Source of the DNA: Candidatus Micrarchaeota archaeon
Lineage (GTDB): Archaea > Micrarchaeota > Micrarchaeia > Anstonellales > Bilamarchaeaceae
Length of the DNA stretch: 17,524 nt
NCBI GenBank assembly: GCA_040754495.1
Contig: JBFMCO010000058.1
Coordinates: forward strand, 1 to 17,524
Reading direction: 5' to 3'
The position numbers and the translations under genes are program-made. Shown here in pieces: positions 1 to 5,920 of the stretch (within the stretch, counting starts at the first letter, position 1; each line of letters begins with the position of its first letter). Under the pieces are notes generated by a model. The model did no database searches. It was not told where the DNA came from and worked only from the letters and a program-made list of their open reading frames with translations.

Positions 1-1
1 A

Positions 2-181
2 TGTCTGTGTGCCGAGAAGCTTGTGTTTTTCAAGCATTTCGTCATACAGTCGGTTTTCCTCGGCATCCTTCAGCATCTTCTCCTTCACTTCTTCTGGGAT
101 GAGTTCGCCGTCAGGATGGTTCGGGCAGGGAGGCTGCCGAGCGTCGGCACTATGTGCGCAGTATGGGCAACACCACGTCAT
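2..181 (-). CDS. small Cys/His protein, truncated at the window edge (MTWCCPYCAHSADARQPPCPNHPDGELIPEEVKEKMLK...)
   Basis: Translated by hand; absent from the ORF track. Its ATG (181-179) overlaps the upstream TGA as ATGA. GGGGTGG lies upstream, and it has CPYC and CPNH motifs. Confidence 0.6.
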   Translation of the reverse strand, partial: MTWCCPYCAHSADARQPPCPNHPDGELIPEEVKEKMLKDAEENRLYDEMLEKHKLLGTQT

Positions 182-282
182 TTTTCCACCCCATCAAAGC
201 CACAATGAGGGCATGCCCTATCTTTAGTATCCATTGCAGAACCGCACCTGCCGCATATTGGAACGAGGTCACACATTGACAT
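178..282 (-). CDS. 34-aa Zn-finger microprotein (MSMCDLVPICGRCGSAMDTKDRACPHCGFDGVEK)
   Basis: Translated by hand. It has two CxxC motifs, a GAGGAGG Shine-Dalgarno, and overlaps both neighbouring ORFs. An alternative start is ATG 276. Confidence 0.6.
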   Translation of the reverse strand: MSMCDLVPICGRCGSAMDTKDRACPHCGFDGVEK

Positions 283-505
283 CCCTCCTCAGCACAATGC
301 CTTTGCGGCCCTCAACAAGCGGATAACGGGAAGCGAGAACTGACAAAAGCTGTTTCGCTTCATTTTTCGTCAGACGGAATAAGGCTCCAGAGAGACGGAA
401 ATATTCCGAATGGCTGATTCCTATCTCAAACCGTCCCCTCAGCCGCTCGAAGGCGATGGGAACAAAGTCGAAGGACACAGACTTATAAGTCTGGTAAACC
501 ATCAT
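269..505 (-). CDS. small hypothetical protein (78 aa), possibly a compact wHTH fold
   Basis: ORF track entry with a strong GAGGTGA Shine-Dalgarno before ATGATG; the second ATG (502) is probably the true start. Confidence 0.65.
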   Translation of the reverse strand: MMVYQTYKSVSFDFVPIAFERLRGRFEIGISHSEYFRLSGALFRLTKNEAKQLLSVLASRYPLVEGRKGIVLRRDVNV

Positions 506-611
506 CTTTCACCTCGTTTTTTTGGGCGCTGTCAACGCCCTTCTTTTTTCTTTCGGCAAGTATGAACAGCTCATCCAGTTGGGCTATCCATGCCCTCAGG
601 TTTCTGGTCAT
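483..611 (-). CDS. possible 42-aa microprotein (MTRNLRAWIAQLDELFILAERKKKGVDSAQKNEVKDDGLPDL)
   Basis: Translated by hand. GGGTGG lies upstream of ATG 611. It bridges the gap between the RHH gene and the 78-aa ORF, overlapping both. Confidence 0.35.
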   Translation of the reverse strand: MTRNLRAWIAQLDELFILAERKKKGVDSAQKNEVKDDGLPDL

Positions 612-753
612 TGGACCACCCTTCCTTCTGATAGAGCAGTTCCAGGGCTCTCTTCACCGAGCCGCTCACTGTTCGCCCGCTTTCCTCGGCATATCGCCTC
701 AACTTCTCCAGTTCCCGTTCATGGAGGGAAATCGTCGCTTTTGTACGTGTCAT
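571..753 (-). CDS. ribbon-helix-helix (CopG/Arc/MetJ-like) DNA-binding protein, 60 aa
   Basis: MTRTKATISLHERELEKLRRYAEESGRTVSGSVKRALELLY gives the beta-strand, helix-G, helix pattern. The start is reassigned to ATG 753 within track ORF 571..903, about 27 nt from a TATA-like box. Confidence 0.8.
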   Translation of the reverse strand: MTRTKATISLHERELEKLRRYAEESGRTVSGSVKRALELLYQKEGWSNDQKPEGMDSPTG

Positions 754-780
754 AACGACCACGGAAGGATTTCCATTGCC

Positions 781-790
781 TTTTAAATAA
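781..790. promoter_or_regulatory. TATA-like element (TTTTAAATAA) between the divergent RHH and wHTH genes
   Basis: It lies about 27 nt from RHH ATG 753 and about 30 nt from ATG 821. Confidence 0.5.
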
Positions 791-799
791 GATTCTGTA

Positions 800-822
800 A
801 TACCATACCTTGGGTATGGTAT
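800..822. promoter_or_regulatory. perfect 10-bp inverted repeat ATACCATACC-TTG-GGTATGGTAT, candidate operator
   Basis: Read directly from the sequence. It is built from 5-bp-period TACCA/TGGTA units, with a third TGGTA at 822-826, and it overlaps ATG 821. Confidence 0.6.
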
Positions 823-1957
823 GGTAACTGAGATTCTTTCATCCAAGAAGAGCAGGGTGCTAATCCCATTACTGTGCGGGGGGTGCGACAGGAAAAGCCT
901 CATGGAGTTCTTCTACGGAAGGAAAAAGATGGACTACTACACGATGAAGAGCAAAAGCGGAAAATTCAACAGAGGCGTCCTTGAAGCTCTGCGAGAGGCA
1001 GGTCTCGTAAAGGAAAGCAAGGGCATGCTCAGGACGAAGAAGACGGGAGGGAAAGCCCGAAAAGCAAAAAGAGATAGACGCATCACGGTAGCAGAGGCGG
1101 ACTTAGCACGAATTTTGGATTTGTGGTTTCCCTGGGCTCTCGCCCACAAGGAAGGGAGACATAGAGGATATGCAAACGTTAAGGAAGACATTGAGAAACT
1201 GCATGGAAGAATTTTTGACTGGAAAAAAATGTCACCGCTATTCACTTATCATCAATTCAAATATGATATAAAGGATGGTAAATTTATTAATGAGACCTGG
1301 GCGCCAGTTGGTCCGATTGACGTCTCTGTTTTTGGATTTATCGGAATGTGCCTTGTGTTCAGTCAGATTGGCGGTAGAGATGTCACCGTTCCTTATTCAG
1401 AGCTTCGTGACGACTTGGATAAAAATCTCCTATCGCTTGTAAAACAGGCACTTTGGAGACGGATTAAGGAGCAATACCCAGACACGAACTACAATAACTT
1501 TGGGGATTTTTTCGACGAGTTCTCAGCGAAGGTAATGAAAAATTACGAAGAAGAGTTTGGACTAAAAATCAGAAACACGTCCGACGTAAGCGGCATCAGC
1601 ATCAGGCATTCGTTGTATCTGTTTTTCATGGACTTTTCCTACTGGGCTATAGAGACAAGAAAGAAGCGGCTATTAGCAAGCTATGACATTCTCACGAAGG
1701 GGGTTGGAGTAAAGGCAAATTTGAAGAACCTGCACGAGACACTGCAAAAAGAGATTGTTGAGCTCGAAAAACGTAAGCGCCCTTATCAGAGAGAGGAGAG
1801 ATGGGCAGGTAGACCTATTCTTTTTACAGACTCTGCGGCGTTTAAGAAGGACTACGGTTATTATCCAGATGAGAGGCAGGTGCATTTTTTTGTCGGCGCT
1901 GATAGCTTCCTTGAGCTGTATCCAGCGTTCGAAGATATGATTAGGAAATTCATGTAG
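821..1957 (+). CDS. 378-aa element protein with a putative N-terminal winged-helix domain and an unrecognised C-terminal region
   Basis: Long low-GC ORF. The N-terminus (RVLIPLL...RGVLEALREAGLVKE, then a basic wing) resembles a wHTH. Its stop overlaps the integrase stop convergently. Confidence 0.7.
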   Translation: MVTEILSSKKSRVLIPLLCGGCDRKSLMEFFYGRKKMDYYTMKSKSGKFNRGVLEALREAGLVKESKGMLRTKKTGGKARKAKRDRRITVAEADLARILDLWFPWALAHKEGRHRGYANVKEDIEKLHGRIFDWKKMSPLFTYHQFKYDIKDGKFINETWAPVGPIDVSVFGFIGMCLVFSQIGGRDVTVPYSELRDDLDKNLLSLVKQALWRRIKEQYPDTNYNNFGDFFDEFSAKVMKNYEEEFGLKIRNTSDVSGISIRHSLYLFFMDFSYWAIETRKKRLLASYDILTKGVGVKANLKNLHETLQKEIVELEKRKRPYQREERWAGRPILFTDSAAFKKDYGYYPDERQVHFFVGADSFLELYPAFEDMIRKFM

Positions 1958-3149
1958 CGGGGGGTTTGGTGCCCAGCTTGGATGCGATATACTCACGAAC
2001 ATCGGCATCCTTAGCCAGCAGCTCCATGAGCACAGTTATCTTCTCATCAAATTTCTGTCGGTCTGCCTCAGCCTCGACAGCAGCCCTGAGGTTAAGCGGC
2101 ATTCCACAAGCGCAATATCGAGCTGTGACCTCGTTCATCCTGAAGCACCTGGGGCACTTTAGCCGATTGTCTTCACCCTCCTTCTTCTTTATGCCATAAA
2201 CGCTCAGGAGGGCATCATCCACGTCCTTGCCGCTCAAATGAAGGTAGGTCGCAGGCATATCCGAGCCGTGTCGCCAGCCCAGATATGCCTCCATCTGAGG
2301 CTGATTTAAGCCGAGTTTGGCGAGCTCCGTGCTTCGGGCATGTCGGAACATGTGCGGGCGGACGGATTTTGTTATTCCTGCCTTTTTCGCTAAGCGGAGG
2401 AGCATAAGCCGCACGTGGACGTAAAGAAGCTGCTGCCCCCTCCCTTTCGTTGTTAGTCGAATCCATAGAGGAGAGTCGGGATTAGCCTTGAAGGGATGGT
2501 TTTCGAGCCAGTAGGTCAGGTAATGGATGGACCAGATGAGCCTTACACGCCTGGGACCTGTCTTGCCGCTTACCACTATCTGAGCGCCGATGTCATCGAA
2601 CGAGACGTGCTTGATGGCGAGCCTCGTTATTTCGCTGACACGACAGCCGCTTTCGGCGAGGACCACCACGAAAGCCTTGTCTCGGGGGTTTTCCCCTGCG
2701 TCAATCATCTTGTTTATCTCGTCTTTGGTCAGAAGCTCTTCGGGAAGCAACTGGTCGGTCGTTTTGAGGGTGGTGTTCATGCCCCTGACCTGCTCTGGGT
2801 AGAACTCCCCGTCCCCAAACATGGTCTTGTAGAGCTTCTTGAGCGTGACCTTATACATGCGCTTGGTATTCGGCTTCTGCTTCGGGTTTTGTTCGATTCT
2901 CCCGACCAGCATTCTAATATCGTCCTTGCTCGCCGTGGCAAAGTCCTTGTTGAGCCATCTTGCCAGGTGTTCCAGCCTGACCATGTAAATGAGGACACGC
3001 ATGTTTGACAAGCCCTCAGCGAAGCAGCGGTCCTTAAATTTCAGGATAAGCTCCTTGTTCACTTGGGATATCTCAGATGAATCGGAGATTCTCTTGAGCT
3101 GCTGCTCCAGCTTCTTTCCCGTCTCGTATAAATCCATAATCTGCACCAC
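1950..3149 (-). CDS. int: tyrosine recombinase/integrase with C-terminal Zn ribbon (archaeal tRNA-targeting, SNJ2-like type)
   Basis: Catalytic set is SGCRVSE (R), GKTG (K), HMFRH (HxxR), LGW and ATYLH (Y). The C-terminus has CPRC...CACG. An AGGAGG Shine-Dalgarno lies 5 nt before GTG 3149. Confidence 0.95.
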   Translation of the reverse strand: MVQIMDLYETGKKLEQQLKRISDSSEISQVNKELILKFKDRCFAEGLSNMRVLIYMVRLEHLARWLNKDFATASKDDIRMLVGRIEQNPKQKPNTKRMYKVTLKKLYKTMFGDGEFYPEQVRGMNTTLKTTDQLLPEELLTKDEINKMIDAGENPRDKAFVVVLAESGCRVSEITRLAIKHVSFDDIGAQIVVSGKTGPRRVRLIWSIHYLTYWLENHPFKANPDSPLWIRLTTKGRGQQLLYVHVRLMLLRLAKKAGITKSVRPHMFRHARSTELAKLGLNQPQMEAYLGWRHGSDMPATYLHLSGKDVDDALLSVYGIKKKEGEDNRLKCPRCFRMNEVTARYCACGMPLNLRAAVEAEADRQKFDEKITVLMELLAKDADVREYIASKLGTKPPAT

Positions 3150-3204
3150 ATCAGCCTCCTTTTACCTTCTTTATAAGGAAGTGTCCTGTGGGCATATGCT
3201 AATC

Positions 3205-3211
3205 AAAAAAA
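3205..3211 (-). terminator. oligo-T terminator after tRNA-Glu
   Basis: T7 tract on the minus strand 2 nt after the tRNA discriminator base. Confidence 0.5.
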
Positions 3212-3213
3212 GA

Positions 3214-3474
3214 TGCTCCTGCCGGGATTTGAACCCGGGTCCTCAGAGAACTCCCCGCTTTTAGGAAAAGCGGGACCAAAACTGGATGTCGGCAAACCCT
3301 CCGAGGGTTTGCAAACAAAGCGTTTTGGGCCGCCTTTTTCCAAAAGGCGGATGAGAGTCTGATATCCTTGACCGGTATGCCCAACTCTTTTGACTGCATT
3401 TCCTCATGGTTTTGGGGTCAAGCCCTTTTGCCATAAGAAGGCAGCAGCCAAAAGGGCTGCTAGACTACAGGAGC
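3214..3474 (-). tRNA. tRNA-Glu(CTC) with two introns. Exons 3474-3460, 3376-3352 and 3248-3214; introns 3459-3377 (83 nt, 15/16) and 3351-3249 (103 nt, 37/38)
   Basis: The spliced 75-mer folds as a cloverleaf: acceptor GCTCCTG/CAGGAGC plus A, D stem GTCT/GGAT, anticodon stem TCAGA/TCTGA with loop CT-CTC-AC, T arm CCGGG-TTCAAAT-CCCGG. Both junctions fit BHB geometry. TTTAAAAA lies about 27 nt upstream. The exact 15/16 register is less certain than 37/38. Confidence 0.9.
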
Positions 3475-3514
3475 CAGCGCTTTTATCATGAGGATAAATG
3501 TTTTTAAACAGCCA

Positions 3515-3661
3515 TCAGCGCCTGCCGATTAACCTTCGGATGCTCTCCGGCATCTCCCTGCAGGCGCATGCCCTGGCATGCCCCTTGTGCCACTTCACCC
3601 TCTGCTCCACGGTGGCGTTTTTCGGCATCCTGTTCTTGAGGTGCCACTCCTTGTTTACCAT
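3515..3661 (-). CDS. 48-aa microprotein (MVNKEWHLKNRMPKNATVEQRVKWHKGHARACACREMPESIRRLIGRR)
   Basis: Translated by hand; below the ORF-track cutoff. It resembles a small conserved hypothetical family I recall (WH..N.MPKN.T.EQR..WH..H...C.CR..P). Confidence 0.8.
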   Translation of the reverse strand: MVNKEWHLKNRMPKNATVEQRVKWHKGHARACACREMPESIRRLIGRR

Positions 3662-3689
3662 GAAGAAAGAAGGAAGAAAAGAAATAAAA

Positions 3690-3995
3690 CTAGCCGGGCT
3701 CGACCACGTCCTCCTCGCTTATAAGGACGTCGTCCTCGAAGACCTCGACGTCTATGTCCGAGGCATCCAGCGCCGTTCCGGAGCTTTCAGCCGGCGGAGG
3801 CACCAGGTCCTCGTCAGCAAGGACGTCGTCGTCCTCCTGCGCCTCCGGGGATATCTCCGAATCGCCTATGCCCGGGGCGGGCTGGGCCGGCTGCCCGGGC
3901 AGAGCCGGCTTCTGCGGCGCTCCGGTCCGGGGGCCGGCCAGGCATCCGAGCAGCAGTGCCACGGCAAGCAGGCCGAAAAAGATGCGGAGGTCCAT
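3690..3995 (-). CDS. acidic low-complexity lipoprotein (101 aa)
   Basis: Hydrophobic N-terminus with an LLGC lipobox, a Pro/Ala linker and an Asp/Glu-rich tail. It overlaps the upstream gene as TGATG. Confidence 0.75.
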   Translation of the reverse strand: MDLRIFFGLLAVALLLGCLAGPRTGAPQKPALPGQPAQPAPGIGDSEISPEAQEDDDVLADEDLVPPPAESSGTALDASDIDVEVFEDDVLISEEDVVEPG

Positions 3996-4909
3996 CAGCC
4001 CGACCTCAGCGCGGAGACTATCTCCTTTATCGTCCTTGCCGCATCCTTGAGGTCATCTAAAATCTGCTTGCCCTCCCCCTCCGGATACTGCGAGGTGCCG
4101 GCAGCTTCAATCGTGGCCTCTGCGGCGTCTATGTCGGCCTGGGCGCTGTCCACATCGTCCCCAAGGCCTGCAGCCTCGGCGTCGTCAGCGATGAATTCGA
4201 GGATGCTCCCGAGCTTCTCGGCCTCGAATTTCACCGCGAAATGGAAGTTCGTCCCGTCCTTGCAGCCGTTGAAGAGGCAGTAGGCCATTATCGCCTCGCG
4301 CACGTCAGTCCCGTTCTGCGCCTCGTCCAGCGCCTCGGAGAGCGGCTCCGTTACCTCTTCCTTCGCTTCGGCGATGAGGGAATCAAGGCCGCTCGTATCC
4401 ACTCCCTTTCCGCTCAGATCGTCAGCCTTTTCCTGGGCTCTCTCGAGAACCTGCTCGTAGCCCTGGAGCCTGGCGTTGCCGAACCTGCGCAGGGAATCCA
4501 GGTTGCAGCTCACATACGTCCCATGAAGCTCGTCATAGTCCTCGCGCATGGCTTCTCTCGCCGAAGCGTTCATGAGCGCTCCGCGCCTCGCCTCGAGCAC
4601 ATCCAGCCTCGTCTCGCGCATGTCCGGGGCGTACGTCCCATGGACGTAGGACCTGAAAGCGGCCACATCGCCAGCGTCTGCATAGCCCTGAAGCGTATCG
4701 GTATCGGCCTCCAGCATGTTTATATCGTCCTGAAGGTCCTCTCCGGTGTTCTCCATCACCGACTCGATCACACCTACCATGAAATCCGTCTTGCATTCCA
4801 CGTTGTCCATGGCCGCCTCAAGCCCGTCCATCCTCACTTCGCTGAGGTTCAGGGCGGCGCTTGAGAGCGACACCAGGAGCAGCGCGAATATCGCATGCTT
4901 GTATTCCAT
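3995..4909 (-). CDS. secreted acidic, probably all-alpha protein (304 aa)
   Basis: Signal peptide MEYKHAIFALLLVSLSSAA, amphipathic helical pattern and four Cys. A GGGGTG Shine-Dalgarno and a TATA box near 4960-4967 lie upstream. Confidence 0.85.
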   Translation of the reverse strand: MEYKHAIFALLLVSLSSAALNLSEVRMDGLEAAMDNVECKTDFMVGVIESVMENTGEDLQDDINMLEADTDTLQGYADAGDVAAFRSYVHGTYAPDMRETRLDVLEARRGALMNASAREAMREDYDELHGTYVSCNLDSLRRFGNARLQGYEQVLERAQEKADDLSGKGVDTSGLDSLIAEAKEEVTEPLSEALDEAQNGTDVREAIMAYCLFNGCKDGTNFHFAVKFEAEKLGSILEFIADDAEAAGLGDDVDSAQADIDAAEATIEAAGTSQYPEGEGKQILDDLKDAARTIKEIVSALRSG

Positions 4910-4919
4910 CTTTTCACCC

Positions 4920-4936
4920 CTTCCGCAATGCGGAAG
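4920..4936. promoter_or_regulatory. perfect 8-bp inverted repeat CTTCCGCA-A-TGCGGAAG between the TATA box and the Shine-Dalgarno of the secreted-protein gene
   Basis: Read directly from the sequence. Confidence 0.45.
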
Positions 4937-4951
4937 CGACTTGCAGTCTTT

Positions 4952-5014
4952 GGAACGCTATTTATAATTTTCCCGGAACGAGTGGAACGAGCCACGACGG
5001 AGCGCGATGGAACG
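4952..5014. repeat. four GGAACG hexamers (4952, 4975, 4984, 5009) flanking a BRE/TATA-like element
   Basis: Exact hexamer copies read from the sequence, including the tandem GGAACGAG-T-GGAACGAG. The minus strand reads GGGAAAA-TTATAAAT at 4974-4960. Confidence 0.6.
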
Positions 5015-5016
5015 GG

Positions 5017-5889
5017 TCATTTGGCCAGGGAAACGAGCTTCCTGTTGCCTTTCTGCGACCTCTGTATCAGCCCCCTGCCCTCAAGGGAGGCGAGCCTGCG
5101 CGAGAGGGTGGCTTTTGGCAGGTGGGTGTCGAGGTAGAGCCGGGCCTGCGTGGTCCTTCCGCCTTCCCTGTGCAACAGCCTGATAATCTCCTTGTCGGTC
5201 TCGTCCAGGCTCCTGAACACCGGGTCGGATTCGAGGGGGGCCATCTGCGGCGCTGATGCAGCGGATTTGGCTTTCATCGACTGCGCCCGGGCGCGGATGA
5301 GCATGTATGCCGCCAGCAGCACGGCGGCGAAAGCCGCGACGGTCGTTATCTCGAGCTCTGACGAGGATTGGGCAAGCTCGTAAGCGGCCTTCAGGCGCGC
5401 CCTCTGGCCTGCCTCCATGGAGCCTTTCCAGCTTATGAGGAGCGAGTCCCCCCCGCCCTGGACGGCGCCGTTGGCGCTTTTGAGGACTGCACCGGGAGGG
5501 AGGGAAACGTTCGCCACAAATGAGCCTACGCGCTCGGACGTACCGAAGGCCAGCTCGAAATCCCAGAGGGAGCCGTCCTTGGCGGTGAACGAGTCCGAAA
5601 CAACCTCGAATTCAATGTAGTCCACCGGTACGGTGGCGTAGACGAGCGTGCTGTTGCCCTCCTGCACGAGCTGATGCTCGAGGATGAGGCCGCTCCGGTC
5701 CTTGACAACGATGGAATCCACCGGGCCGCTCAGGTTGAGGAAGACGCGCCTGCCTTCCGAGTCCGAGAACAGGGCCCGGAAATCGAGGCTGGATTGGCCG
5801 GATTCGGAGAGCTTGCCTGAAAGCGCCAGCGAGTCTATCGCAGCGTAGGACAGTGCGAAAAGCGACAGGAAAAAAAACAGGCCCTTCAT
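5017..5889 (-). CDS. membrane-anchored transcriptional regulator (COG2512-like): signal peptide, extracellular domain, TM helix, C-terminal wHTH
   Basis: N-terminal signal peptide, TM segment ITTVAAFAAVLLAAYMLI and C-terminal LDETDKEIIRLLHREGGRTTQ...LPKATLSRRLASLEGRGLI. Confidence 0.85.
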   Translation of the reverse strand: MKGLFFFLSLFALSYAAIDSLALSGKLSESGQSSLDFRALFSDSEGRRVFLNLSGPVDSIVVKDRSGLILEHQLVQEGNSTLVYATVPVDYIEFEVVSDSFTAKDGSLWDFELAFGTSERVGSFVANVSLPPGAVLKSANGAVQGGGDSLLISWKGSMEAGQRARLKAAYELAQSSSELEITTVAAFAAVLLAAYMLIRARAQSMKAKSAASAPQMAPLESDPVFRSLDETDKEIIRLLHREGGRTTQARLYLDTHLPKATLSRRLASLEGRGLIQRSQKGNRKLVSLAK

Positions 5890-5920
5890 GAACGGGATGG
5901 AGAAGGAAACTTTATATTGC

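Larger units (their letters stand above)
1..3248. mobile_element. tRNA-Glu-targeting integrated element (provirus or integrative element); only the tRNA-proximal end is in the window
   Basis: Tyrosine integrase starts 65 bp downstream of the tRNA-Glu 3' end, co-oriented with it. Small RHH, wHTH and Zn-finger genes lie beyond it. GC is lower than the host: hand counts give 20/60 GC for 1201-1260 versus 40/60 for 7321-7380. The second att copy is not in the window, so the boundary is inferred. Confidence 0.8.

Noticed and set aside
524-554. GGGCG-CTGTCAA-CGCCC hairpin with T tracts as a terminator
   Set aside because: The T tail is on the plus strand while local genes are on the minus strand, and it lies inside a plausible small ORF. 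The stem is only 5 bp.
1950-3149. Host XerA dif-recombinase
   Set aside because: The tRNA adjacency, 399-aa length with a Zn-ribbon tail and mobile-type neighbours fit an element integrase better.
3199-3399. 66-aa ORF in the track
   Set aside because: It lies across tRNA-Glu exons and introns, and the cloverleaf and BHB structure explain the sequence.
3254-3458. Hairpin cluster as a CRISPR mini-array or tandem terminators
   Set aside because: The units differ in sequence, have no regular spacers, have no cas genes nearby, and all fall inside tRNA introns.
3498-4283. 261-aa plus-strand ORF and the other long antisense ORFs (e.g. 4241..4864, 6764..8017, 11350..12399, 11975..12871, 13484..14488)
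   Set aside because: Shadow frames of high-GC genes whose recognisable motifs are on the opposite strand or in another frame.
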